From Bigelowiella natans CCMP2755 (lineage: Eukaryota > Protista > Cercozoa): a stretch of 64,000 nucleotides of DNA. The notes under the pieces are model-generated. The model saw only the letters and a program-made list of their open reading frames with translations, was not told the DNA's origin and did not search any database. How positions within the stretch are numbered: position 1 is the first letter of the stretch; every line of letters begins with the position of its first letter. The position numbers were made by a program, and so were the translations under genes. The DNA lies in contig ADNK01000063.1 in assembly GCA_000320545.1 (NCBI GenBank), positions 11,843-75,842 on the forward strand. The letters run 5' to 3'. This document shows positions 14,127 through 26,571 of this stretch, piece by piece.

Positions 14127-16501
14127 TGTTACGTTTGCCACTACTGGTAGGATCGTATTCTCTACCACAGTCTACCGGGACTTAAAGTTGTGAGCAAAAA
14201 CTACTACAGTGCTCCAAATGTATTTGGAAGGTGGTTATAGACAACAGCAGCAACAACAACGATATTATCTCAAAAATGAATATATGTGTTTTGCTGTCTA
14301 AATCGATTGAAATTGTATGCATCTAGTTCCACATGCTTAGTTCTACTACTACTGATACTACTAGTACTACGTAAGTAATACAATAACACTTCTTCCCCTT
14401 CTTCTTCTTCTTCTTCTTCTTCTTCTTCTTCTATCACAGTGACCACAGACCTGTGGCTAGCGTGTTCGAGTTCGTGCCTTTTCCAAGTGCTGATGTACTT
14501 CAACCGACCCTCGAGAGGTGTTACTACTACCACCACTACTACTACTATAGTTGTCCTACCGATGATAGCTTTAGTCGAATAATGGTAGTAGTGGTAGAAG
14601 TAGTAGTAGTACCTTTGGTGCCAACATTGGTAGAAACATCTATCCCAACTAGTTATAATTGAGAGAGGAGCAATACTACCACAACAACAACAATGATAAT
14701 AATAAATTAATTGTGATAATCATCATCACATTATCCTGATCTCGCCATCTTCATCGTTAGGCGGTGCAAGGCCATGATGGCTGAAGTATCAGTGAGCAAT
14801 ATGACAATTAAGGTCGTCTACCATTCAATGTGTGGTTTCCTCTTACTTTCAGTGTTTCAACAACAACAACAACAAAGAGATAAAAATAATATTACACATC
14901 GTTCAAAAAAAGTACATATTTTGAGAAGGAGACAAATGTTATATTATAGAGGGAAGGAGAGAGAGTATACCTTGAAGAAGTATCATTGTACTGTACAAGA
15001 CCAACCTATCTTCCAGATGATTGTTCGTGATTTATGTTCTATTATTTATGTGTGTGTGGGTGGTGTGCTTTACCGTGTGTTAATAAACAGCTTGACATGG
15101 AGTCCGAAGATATGAAAGATAAGGAAATATCAGAAATGACTAGCAGTTTGACTGTACTTTCAAGTGTAGATTCACCTCTACAATGGTTTGCTATGATGCA
15201 AAAGTCTAAGGTCGTTAGAACGATATGCTACTGCGAAAAGATTATGTTGATGATGATGATGATGTCGCACGGTTAAACATACATAAATTCTTGTACATAT
15301 TTTATAACCACAGAGTCCTACTTCTTCAATCTCATCCTCGCACTGGGCTGATAACTTATCCGAAAAAAGGTCAGGGAATGATCATAGCTGTTTCTCACTT
15401 ACTGTACTGTTTTCTGGTATATGATGATGATGATAATGATTATGGCGGTATTTGTCCAATAATTCTCTTCTTCAACAGCACCGATCTGCTAATACAAGCA
15501 ACCTTTCAGTCTGAAGTACTTGAAGCAAAGGTCTATTCTAATATGCACACGGAAAGGAGCCAGGGACTCCGAAACATCGTCATCATACTTGAAATGTTCT
15601 TGGCATAGTTAGACACGCCACAATTAAGACGTTGAGCGATAGTGTTAATCACTTATAAAATATTTTGTGGATTATTTATTACTACCCCATGGTTATTGTG
15701 TATATTATAGGTCACTGAAACGAGTAAGACGTTCAAGAAGGAGGAGAACAAATGGAATTTTGGGTATATTATAGACGATGTCAAGAGGAGTCAAATTGAG
15801 TTTCTCGTTGTTCGTATTCATCTAATAAGGCTGAGTATATTTTAATTCACTATATCCTTTATTTAGTGTTGTAAAAATGCATCCATATCTGGTTTCTGAG
15901 CGGCACATCCATCGGCACTTTGTCAACGTTGCTCTTACCTTGCAAAATGCAGATGCATCGCAACAGATGAGTTTGGGTATGTCACGTGAGAAAGGAACAA
16001 AAAAAAAGAAAAATGAAAAATTCGATTTTGTGTATAGATGATCCGCTCAAAGTATGTATGTGCCTTAACAAGCATGATTCTTCTCTTAAGTGGCTGCTCT
16101 ATCAATCCATGAATTCAGGATATGCTGTGATTCCACTGCTTGGAACCTGTAAGTCAACAAGGACCCTCGAAGTTGATGTTATGCTTGCAGGGACTAGAGT
16201 AGCAACGGTGAGTGAGCTGCAACATGTTCTTTCTATCTATCTTCGTGAAAATCAATCTCCACTGACGCATGATGTTCTTTTCAACTGTTAGTTAAGTGCG
16301 GAAGTACGGTCCGCTTTACGCAAGAGAGTAGGGTACAAGCCAACCATTGCTAATCCAATATTCGGAATTAGAGCACAGAGAGGGAAGCTTAGCTTAGGCC
16401 GTATGCCCTCTTCTATGGGTGCTATAAACGAAAATGTAGACAATTCGTCGGATGAAGAACTGGAAAGAGCTCCTTCCTCACAGAGAACCAACTCCACATA
16501 G
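10350..16501 (+). CDS. Inositol polyphosphate 5-phosphatase with three N-terminal PH-like repeats
   Basis: Motifs FIGTWNV, DIYAIGLQEC, NKGGVAV, FVTCHLAA, VFWFGDLNYR, GPTYRF, PSWT|DRILY and S|DHRPV in GT-AG-linked exons; stop TAG at 16499-16501. Confidence 0.93.
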
Positions 16502-17003
16502 AAATCTTCACCACTTCACCACTCTGATGTGTAAATTAGCAGCAAACATCGACATGTTTCTTTGTTGACAAAGTGGTTGTGTTCCCTGGCTTATGCCCCT
16601 AACCTCCCCAATATGTTCACATGACGAAACAAAAACACGGAGTGCATGCAGTAAAACCAATTCTTGAGTCAAAACCTGTATTTGATTCAATAGCACACTC
16701 TACATGTGCAGGCATTCATTCAATGCATGAAATGCACGACATAAATGCAGCATGAGCGATACGACATCATTCGAAATCAATGGAGTTCTGATATCTAACA
16801 TCTATCGGACACATAGCAATGCGAGGGCACTTTATTCCGCCGCGCGCCACCGCGGAATTTGTTTCGATCATGCTACCTTGAAGATTGGCATGTGGAGCAT
16901 GACGGAAAAAGTGGTGGGGTGTCGATCCAGCTACACATGTACTAGCTGTGCGCGCTCATCAGCAGTGCGCATTGAACAAGCTAGCCATCCAGCCATGGTT
17001 TTG

Positions 17004-17213
17004 GAGCTGGGCACAAATGCTTGAAAACAAATATGTTTGCAAAAACATTTGAACAAACATAAATCAAATACTTGTTTCAAGCGCTCTCGCGCAAGTGTTT
17101 GAACAAATCAAACAATGGTTTGCAGGTGTTTGGTGTTTGCAGACATTTTTTTGTTTGTTCAAATGCATTTGCAAACATTTTTGTTTTCAAGTGTGCCATG
17201 CGATGCCCAGCTC
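17004..17213. mobile_element. MITE family A, near-palindromic copy
   Basis: Terminal inverted repeats GAGCTGGGCA...TGCCCAGCTC plus ~50-bp inverted arms (cttgaaaacaaatatgtttgcaaa / tttgcaaacatttttgttttcaag); no ORF. Confidence 0.8.
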
Positions 17214-18019
17214 TGGCGCTCTGCTAGCTGGCATGTGCAATGCGTGGTGCGTGGCGCGACAAGTGTGGATTGCGCACGGACGATCGATCACAGGCTGGGC
17301 AGCGCGTGCGCATTGCAGTTGCGATGCACAGCACACCTCAGACATGTGCGTCTGTCACGTAATTGCAACGCCACTTTCAGTTCTGCAAAAAATCTTGCTT
17401 GCGAACTTCAGCAGCAGAGCATGCGGCATGCGGTGCACGCGGCTCATTGGCTTGGAACTGCGCTTGGCTTGCATCGTGCCAGCTGGCTGGCATCACTGAT
17501 GTGTGTGTTGTCAAGTGCATGAAATTGCATTTTCATTTTGCAACATTGCCAAATTGCGCTGCTTGAACGTGGAATGTGTGAGCATGTGAGCATGAGTGTG
17601 ACAAAGTGCAGCTGCAGCTCACACGAGCTCCGAGATGCGTGCGCCAAGTTGCAAAGTGCAGGCGGCCCTTGCATGAGCGACACACCCACGCAATTCTGGA
17701 ATTGCACAATCGGCCACGCATGACACACAAGCATGCAAGGTCAAAGCACTTGCGCACAAACGTGCAAAGCTGCAGCAACATTGTGATGGACACGTCGTGC
17801 AATGTGCAACTTGCTAGCTTGTGCACAACAACGTGACTGTGTCCACAATGAGCACGTCCGCAAATCAGCAACAGACATGTCATGTGATGCACATCTCACG
17901 TGCAACATGACTTTGTCCATTGTTCATCATTGCGATGCTCAAGTGTGTGATGAGTGTGTGAGCACGAGTGTGACAAGTGACGAAGTGCAACACAACGCAC
18001 AAATTGTTTCAATGCATGA

Positions 18020-18255
18020 CCATTCGAAAACGTTTCAAATTGTTTGCAAACAATTCCACAGGAAAACGTTTGCAAACAATTTCCGCAAGAAAAATGTTTG
18101 CAAACACGTTTGCAAATGCCTTTTCTTGTTCGAACATTGTTTGAACAAACCAAGTGCTGGTTTCGCGACACGTGGGCATTGTTTGTTCAAATTGGACACT
18201 TGTTTGGAAAAAACAAAAGTGTTTCCAAACAAAAAAAATTGTTTGTGCCCAGCTC
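18020..18255. mobile_element. MITE family A-related partial copy
   Basis: tttgcaaac subrepeats ending in TGCCCAGCTC; 18181-18254 is the approximate reverse complement of 63636-63708. Confidence 0.7.
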
Positions 18256-18618
18256 CACATGGTGTGCCTGTCAGCAGGGGCAGTGCCAGCAGATCGAGAG
18301 TGCTGCTGCATGTCATCGCAAGGCAAACACACGTCATTCTTCGCTCAGTGACAATCACAATGACAATGATGCGCGCGGATGCAGCTGGACACAGCAGAGC
18401 AGCTAGCGACACACAGTCTTGCATGCAACCACATCTGGACATGCGCATGCATGCGTCTAGATGTGGACAGCATGGTCTTGCAAGTGCGTGGTGCGCGTGC
18501 TGGCGTGTCTGCACATGCGCATCCTGTGGTCGGTCATGACCACCAAGCGTGTGCTTGCATTTGTGATGCAGTTCAGTTTTGGTAGCAGTGTGTTAGATCA
18601 TGCTGGGGGGACAAAATG

Positions 18619-18913
18619 AGTTAGCAAGTTCATCATTTTGGCCCCGCTTGGGCCAGTGCGAAAGCAGTTAGCAAGTTTTGGCATTTTGGCCCCGCTTGGG
18701 CCAGTGCGACATGGAAAAAGTTGGGTTGCAAAAGGGAACTTTTGCAGCACAAGTCAGCGAAGTGATGTTGGGAAAAAAATGTTGTTTTTTCAATCCAAAA
18801 ACAGCGTGATGTGATGTGTTCAACTGAGCTAGTTGAAGCAAAGTGAAACGCACACGCAAAAGTCAAAAGACCCGCGTGCGAGCGGTGAAGTCAAAAGACC
18901 CGCGTGCGAGCGG
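18619..18913. repeat. Two short tandem duplications (~47 bp and 28 bp period)
   Basis: agttagcaagtt...cattttggccccgcttgggccagtgcga at 18619 and 18666; aagtcaaaagacccgcgtgcgagcgg at 18860 and 18888. Confidence 0.9.
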
Positions 18914-19515
18914 CAATGTCCTCTTGGGAGCTTGTTTTGGCATGCATGCTCAAGCTCCTCACAATGCATTTTCATCACAAGGGTTTCAGTGTTTTGTTTT
19001 CAATGAGCATTGATTGCATCAACGTGCAATGCAAGCATCAGCCAGCAGCGCATCTGTTGGCTGATTGCACATCCATGCCAGCATGGCTAGCAGCGCAGAT
19101 GGGTGTCAGAGCTGTGGATCGAGTGACTGACCGACATCGTCATGGCGGTCACCAGATCACACGTGAATTTTCACACGTTCTCATTTTTCGAATGAATGGC
19201 GATTTTTGACACGCACCACAGCGCAACGTGCAAAAACACGTGCACGCGATGCGCGCGCGCGACATTGTTGCAGTTGAACGAATGCGTCCGCTTCGGCACG
19301 GCAGATGAATTTCATGTGGAATTTGGGAAAAAGAATTGTGCAAAAATTCCTACACATTCCATCTGGAACCGCAAACCTGCCGTGCCAGCGCGGTTTGAAC
19401 AAGGCTGTCTGACTGTGGGCAAAGTGAAAAAGCTAGCTAGTCAATTTTGCTGCCCATGCCACGTCAACAGAGAATGACCACTCATGTTGTTGTAGCTGCA
19501 CAGCATGCTTTGCAT

Positions 19516-19795
19516 CAGGGCGCCCCAGAGCTCAAGCAGGGGGGCGGAAATGAGGCGGGGTCCTGCGGCAAAGCAGGGTGCACTTTGTGCGCGGTGCAGA
19601 TTTCACTGATTTTCAGAAAAATGCTGTGCTTTGGCTTGGCAAAGTGTGGAACAGAAATGGCTCGCGCGCCAAGAGAAGCCATTTCCGCAGGTCCACTTCG
19701 GCCGGCGGCGCTCGGCAGGGCCTCACTAGCTCAGAGCGCCTGCGATTGCCGTTGCCGGAACCTAGCGCGCGCCCCCATTGAGCTCCAGGACGCCC
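19516..19795. mobile_element. MITE family B, full-length (~280 bp)
   Basis: Imperfect TIRs GGGCGCCCCAGAGCTCAA / TTGAGCTCCAGGACGCCC; internal sequence recurs inverted at 63708-63892. Confidence 0.8.
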
Positions 19796-20764
19796 ATCTA
19801 GCCATCACTAGATCAGACTTGCGCAGAGCTTGTGATGATGATGTCGCATCATGCATGCAGCTGCATGTGCATGCGCTAGCACGTACTAGAGCATGGCATG
19901 ATCGCATGATCGATGTCTAGATGTGTCTACATCTAGATGTTGCAATGTTGCTACGTGCGTGTCCACACATCTCTAGATCTAGACATCCATGGCGACATGT
20001 CATGCATGCACATCGTAACGCATCACAAACGCACATTCTAGCATTCCTAGATTCTGCAGTGCTAGAGTGTTGTGTGCTGTGTCCGCACAGCTCTAGCTAG
20101 AGCTAGACAGTCCTAGCAGATTAGAGTCCTAGAGTCCAATGGTCCACAATGGTGTCTCTTTGTGCAATCCTATAGCACGCATGCATAAGAGTTCGAGCTC
20201 TATGTTGAATCAACTTCCTGCATGATGCGGATTGCGTTGCGTTGCGTGCCGCCAAGCAATGAATGTGTGCGATGCGCCACACGCTACGCGCGCGCAAATA
20301 CACACACACACACACACACACACACGCGCGGCGCGCGCGCACAGTCTCTCACTATCACAACGGTAGATCATGGATATCAAGTATCAACAACGTGAATCCA
20401 AATGAGAAGTTCGTTTTGGAAGTATCAAGCATGCTCTTCATCTATTTCGATGCCTGATTCAGGACTAACTAATTGACCACGTGCAAAATCACCACTCGCT
20501 CTACCCGAGAGTTAACACTAATTGAAATCGTGACAGAAATTGTGCAAGTCGCACAAAACGTTGTGGATGTTAGAGACGGAATTGAACAAACAAATATAAT
20601 GGGTGTTTTTCATTACGCTGGTCCTACTCGCCCATTCCTCCTTCAGTAGCCGAGCATTAATATTGCTTCTTCTAGTGTTAACCTTCAATTGCTAGATCAT
20701 GTTTTAGTGTGAGGTGCAAAGTCCATGTATTTTGTGCCTCCTATTCATGATCTTCCAGTACGTG

Positions 20765-21143
20765 TTATATTTTCATTTTGGACATTCGCCAGTGCCTCCT
20801 TTTGTAATTGAACCTGAAAAGAAGCGGCATCAGCGTGTTGATTTCCAATATTTTTCTTTCATGATATTACGATGTTCCTTTTCCCTGTTTCATATATTTG
20901 ACTCTTAGCCAGCCAGGAACCTCCCGGTTTTTCTTCAATCGCCTATGTAACTTCATTTTTGTCTTGAAAGTTTTGTGGGCAGCCTGGAATCAATGAAATC
21001 ATGAAGTAAGCATCATCAAAATAAATGCTAAAAATAATAACCTGAATTTGATGGTGGCCAGTTTCGTTGTACATATTGCGGAGTGCCATCCACACCGCAA
21101 CGAGGGTACAGAAAAACAGTGCAAGGCACCTGCGAGGCGCCAT
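20765..21143 (-). CDS. RPL39: 60S ribosomal protein eL39 with N-terminal signal-peptide extension (putatively periplastid-targeted)
   Basis: Exons 21143-21042, 20983-20871 and 20813-20765 (58- and 57-nt GT-AG introns) encode MAPRRCLALFFCTLVAVWMALRNMYNETGHHQIQ-AAHKTFKTKMKLHRRLKKNREVPGWLRVKYMKQGKGTSFNYKRRHWRMSKMKI*. The C-terminal 53 aa match eL39 (HKTF, NR..P.W, KRRHWR). Confidence 0.88.
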
Positions 21144-21717
21144 TACATGTGAGAAATAATTTTTCGTGCGAGCCGTGAGAAAGAAAGAATACTGGAATTC
21201 TCTTCTTCGAAAATATCGGACGACAAGAAGAAGACAAATCAGAAACATTCTCCCGCCAATTTTCTATCAAAGTACTGATGAGCCGATGATGAATCTATTT
21301 GTCAAAAATTCTCTCAGTGAACTTTCTATTGTCTCTAGAGAAGATTTCATTTGGTTTTACACCCTAACGGTTTTCACTTCTGGGATTCCCGATAAATATG
21401 GAACAGAGAAGATCTGAAAGCTTGGTACATTTGTCTCTTGGTTCTGTTTCAGCACGCAGACCTTTGCAGATAGACAGCAGCATGATCCCGATGTCGTAGC
21501 ATCAAAACGACATCTATTTATCAAACGGGAACTAAAGATCTTCACAGATCGATCGGAGGGGAGTGTACCTCCTGTCAACTCTGTCAGCTGTCGTTGTGTA
21601 AGGTGGAGTTGTTGGACGGACTACCAAAAGAGAGGGAACAACTGCGCGCTGAAACTGTACTCCTTCCTTTTCTTAATACGAAATCAAGCATCTGAACTCA
21701 GCTCTAAAAAAGCAGAG

Positions 21718-24182
21718 ATGTCGAAGGTCCAATTTTCATCATTTTCGAAAGATTGGAACGATGACCTTGTGTTTTCCCCAGGCTCCATCATCACTTAAGC
21801 AGTCTCACTCACCCTTAAAAATCAACAAACGAGGATGGGTTCTCCTATTTTTGACATTTTCATCATATATTTTGGAAATATGATTCATGCAAACATACAG
21901 CAGGGTAATAATAATAAGGGCTGCTATCCGGCAAGGCATACTTTCTTGGATATTCTGGATGCTCTGTCATTTGGACCCAACGAAGATGGTTTACTTTCTG
22001 ATTTTATTTGGGTGTAGTAGGAACATGACATAATCTCATATTATCAGATTCGAAAAATCGTGCAGAAAAGAGTAAAAGCAAGCTGGATGCTCAGTCTACC
22101 CTTCTTTCATCCGAGGATGATGCGTTTCAAGAATCTCCAAGTACTACCGAATCAAAGCTATGCAATCAAAACGAAACAATTAAACCCAACCCAATTCATT
22201 CAGGGTTTCTCCTCTCGGGATTAGAAACTCGATCAAGCCCATCATCAAGCAGCGCGTCAACAAAGTCCCTCGAGTCTCCTGGTGAAACACTTTGTATCTT
22301 GGTACCAATCTCAGCTCTAAATGCATAAAATATGTTTGGATTTGGATTTACAGAAGGAGGAAATCTTAATCCATGTGCTCCAAAGCTCAGCAATATCCAA
22401 AGACTTAGTGATGGACACGCACTAACTCTCTCTGAAGATATTGGAAGCAGCATGAGCCTAGACCAAAATCCTTATCATCCTCGTCAAGTACGCATAGGGA
22501 GGCCTCGCAAGCGAGCTGTTTCATGGAAACAACAGTTACCAGGACAATCCTATGCTCCACCACAGAACCGAGATAACAAAAGTAAGGAAAATTTAAGACC
22601 AAAAAGGAAAATGAGAAGAATCTTGTGCGAAATTGAGGTATTGACCATTAAGTCTTGTTCGTTTTGGGTTAATTAAACTTGGATTTTATTTTAGGGAGGC
22701 CAGTTCTTCGGAGCAAAAAGCTGTCCGAATAAATTATATAACCAATTTAGTGATTGTGAGAAGGGAAATTTAAAGAGTAAAAGGATAAAAGACTCTTCCA
22801 ATCGCCGTTCATTAGTAGCAGCAAAAACGCCTGCAAATTTTGACTGGATAGAAACATTCTCTCAAAAACTGGAGCCGCCGCAGGAGCAGCAGGAGGAGTC
22901 TTATCGAGAGTTGAAGCTTTGTCATTACTCCACAGCTTCCGATCTTACACATGAAAATAGTTATCAGAAGGAATATGCTCACATTAAATTTGGGCGAAGA
23001 TCGGTATCATCAATGCAAGCTATAGCAGAAGGGAAAACGAAATCCAACAATGGATTACCAAGAGAAATACGTCCGGCAGAACGAACACCATTACCATCAC
23101 CCCCACTAGTAGTTCTGAAACAATCTCAAAGCGATCCATATTCTTTATTAAAACATTCAAAAATGCAGAAGACAGCAATGCATAAAGAACGACAGTCAAT
23201 TATGAAACGCTCTCAAAGCGTAACATTAGCCGGGATGCAAGTAGACATGAACTCATCCACAACCCCCAAATTACCGGTTGTCAAGACAGATCATGAAGGC
23301 GTTCAGGTCTTGAGCCAATATCGTTGTATGTCATATTTGGAATCATTATAGAATCTAATTATAATTACTGATTTTCAAAGGCAATTTCTGCAAGAACTGT
23401 AGCTCAAATCCTAAAGGGAAAATTCTCCCATCTATTCGACAAAGTTATCTTGTGTGACGCTCGATATCCATATGAGTACAATGGAGGTAAGCTATAATCT
23501 TCTAGTTTTCTATACAACTAGATATTTTCCTGAATACATAGAGAGATTGTTTATTTTCTCAGGCCATATTCGGGGAGCTGTGTGCACAACATTACCTAGT
23601 TCATTGGATCGATTGCTGTTCAATAACACTGACATAATGAGTGTGAGTCTGACACATCAGTTTATCTACCCGTATCAAATATCTACTGCCAAGTTCTTAT
23701 GTTCTTTCTGTGGTTGTTGCTTGGTATTGATTGACTTGGAATGTCAGGATGATCCATGCAAAGTGTGTGTAGTAGCTCACTGCGAATTTAGTGCTAACCG
23801 TGGCCCCCGAGCTGTTCGTTACATTCGGAGAAAGGATAGAGACCTTCATGGAATTTCCAACTTTCCCAAACTCTACTATCCTGAACTTTACCTCATGAAG
23901 GGGGGCTATTTGGTAGGAATAACAGTGTTTCGACAACTTTACATTATTTTTGAGTATCTTTTCTTCGCAGGAATTTTACTCTCAGTTTCCAGAATTGTGT
24001 GAACCTCCCGGGCACCTACCCATGATTCATCCAATTTGGCGAGACAGCTGCAAGAGGTAAAAGTGGATTTCACACGTGACGGCAGCATGAATAACATTTT
24101 GAATGCCATTAGGTGGACGAAAGAAACACGAAAGCAGTGGGGTCTACTAAAACGACGCGGAGCAAGGCCAATTCGGGACTGA
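21718..24182 (+). CDS. CDC25: Cdc25 M-phase inducer phosphatase
   Basis: [10 protein letters not shown]|GHIRGA, catalytic [15 protein letters not shown] and [13 protein letters not shown]; long S/P-rich N-terminus; start approximate. Confidence 0.92.
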
Positions 24183-24980
24183 ATGCGTTGCATGACTTCC
24201 AAATCCAACAAGTGCCAACACGTCAAAGTGTTTCCAAGTTCAATTGAATTGTGAAATGTACCAGACGTTGCACAGAAAGAACACTTGCGGATTTGGTTCC
24301 GTCCGCTTGCATCACACGCGATGCGCATGTGGTGCTTCGATCGAAACAAGCATTCGGAATGCCAAAATGGCTAGCTGTGCGTGTGTGTCTCCATCCACCT
24401 TGCGCTGCGCTGACAACTCTCTCATCACCCGCTTCCGGCTAGCTGGCCACGCTGGCACGTTGCATCATGCATCCGATGCGCACACCGCTCTAGCTAGCGC
24501 TGGCTTCAGCAAGCGTTCACACACCTGCGTTTCAAGTTCATGCAGACCTTGCTAGCTTGGTTTGTTCGTCAGTCTAGCAGGAGTTGATGACGGATCAGCA
24601 GCCCCCATTCTAGCATTCCCTCTGATCCTGAGCAATGGCGACTTTGCAATGTGCAAATGTGCCAGCACCACGAATTTTCATTTTTTTTCACGCGGACTTC
24701 GACATTCGCTTCTCCGCACGCAAAGCATCCATCCTGAGCAAGAACTTCCTGATGGCCACGTCCACACGGAGATCAACGTCAGGGACAGCCGAGGGGGTGC
24801 CGAGCAAGACTCTGGTTTTGACAGAATCAGGGGCATCAAAAAATGAAGAGCAAGCAAGGAGGTGCAGGGCCGAAAGCTGCTCTGATGCCAGAACAGTTGT
24901 CGCAGTTGCAAAAGACAAACACAGAGCAATCAGTTTCACCTCCTTCAAAGAGGCTTTTTGTCCCAAATGGAGCAACTTTT
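24183..24980. other. TpA-depleted island directly after the Cdc25 stop
   Basis: Manual count for 24181-24980: 8 TA in 800 bp, 7 in CTAG. Confidence 0.85.
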
Positions 24981-25444
24981 TTTATGTCTTGATGCCAGAA
25001 AAGCAATCATTTTGAAAATTTCACTTTAAAGAATAGCCAGACACATGGCCTGTGAGACTGAATTTCCGTTGAGTACTCGTTGGTATTGCAGTTGACAATC
25101 TGACCGCACAGACAAAGGTAGGGGGGGGGGGGGTAGGCTTAGGGTTAGGGGAAGGTTCGGGTCCACATCCGTTCGACATTGTGAAGAAATATTTCTTTTC
25201 ATTCTTCATTGGGATTATGTCGCCACAGCTGTGTTCGCAGAATGCTCTTGCTGCCCTTCAACACTTCAACACATGAGTCTAATAGTCGTAGCATCGAGGC
25301 CAACCGTAGTATAGGCTGAGTTTCTACAACGGGAACATTGGCTCGATTTAATGGAACCGTTTGCCTTTACTCACATTTTCGTTGATCCGAGGCCTAGACT
25401 GATGGAAATGCTACTGCTGCTTGTATGGTCAGATTCGAACGAGA

Positions 25445-26529
25445 ATGGGGGCAGAGAGCAGCAAAGATAGTAGCGAGGAGAAGACGTGGATTTCACTCGG
25501 CGATTTCGCAGGTCAAGACACTCCTTACTTGTGTCAATGTATGCGTATATGTAAGAGGAAGAGGGAGAATGGCATCGAATGACTGACTGCTAATTGTATA
25601 AAATTTCATCAGACGTTATAAAAAACCGGGAAGAGGAGAGGATGAAGTCGATCTTCGAAATAGCGGATGAAAATCCAGAGGAATATAATTTTCATGTAAT
25701 TTTAACACTAATTCAAAGTTAAATCGAAGTATGGTGAAGCGACCATTTACCGTCTCAATCCTTATGCGCGAATGGAGTTCACCTTCTGAATCATCACACC
25801 CTTGCCTTTTTATCCTGAGATTAGATGAGAGAGAGAGAAAATGTCTATAATACTTCTACACAATTCCTTGATCACACACCCATAGGGATTCTCACCCCTC
25901 GCTATTGCATCGATGCATTCAAACGGAATGTGGGTCATCGATCGCTTTGCAAGAGAAGAGCGCACAAACGAGCCCTCCTCAGTCAAGTGAGGCGATTATT
26001 GAAAGAGAATAAGAGTACAGATCATGATCACAAAGATTGCAAATTCTCCCACTAATAGTGGCGAGAACAATATTCCAAGAACGGGGGGGGGGGGAGGGGT
26101 TAGAAGATGATTCTCTCTTTTCCCTCTAAAATTTTGGCATTCGTTGTCATTCGAGTTTCCTTTGCAGACAAACATCATCGTAGAAGTAGTCGTAATCCGG
26201 ATTTTATTTTGATTAGTGCCATCGTCGTCGATCGTGTTCGTCATCATTGTCGAGAATAATAGTGACTTATTGATTTGCATATGCTAGTCTCGTAGAACTA
26301 GCAAATGAGCTCTCACTCAATGTAGACGAGGATATACTGCAAGCAACAGGGTAGTACTGCTGCTACAGGCTATCTAAAATATCGGCACACCGCACACATG
26401 CATATTCCTTCATACCTTCCGTCGATTATTACCTGTGGATTTTATACGTATGTATTTGAGCGAGTTTCGTTGACTAATCACCTCTATTGTTTCTTGAATT
26501 CCAATGAAAGAAATCGTGTTTCTGCACGC

Positions 26530-26571
<42 letters not shown>

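Larger units (their letters stand above)
16950..20130. other. TpA-depleted island of decayed repeats and MITEs
   Basis: Manual count for 17101-18540: 5 TA dinucleotides in 1440 bp, 4 of them in CTAG. TG, CA and CG are abundant. Confidence 0.9.

Noticed and set aside
17095-19920. Many overlapping Cys/His-rich, Tyr-free ORFs in all six frames (also at 24.2-25, 32-33, 57-58 and 63 kb)
   Set aside because: Artefact of TpA loss: TAA/TAG stops and TAY codons vanish, leaving TGY/CAY; no recognisable domains
16950-20130. CpG-methylation decay or fungal RIP as the cause of TG/CA excess
   Set aside because: CpG is abundant (gcgcgc runs) and TpA is depleted, the opposite of both signatures
25131-25160. 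Interstitial telomere (ggcttagggttagggg)
   Set aside because: Only two units beside a poly-G run; too short to infer a fusion site
24688-25209. Minus-strand gene joining ORFs 25021-25209 and 24688-24975
   Set aside because: No GT-AG model joins them in frame; the lower ORF lies in a stop-depleted island; no homology recognised
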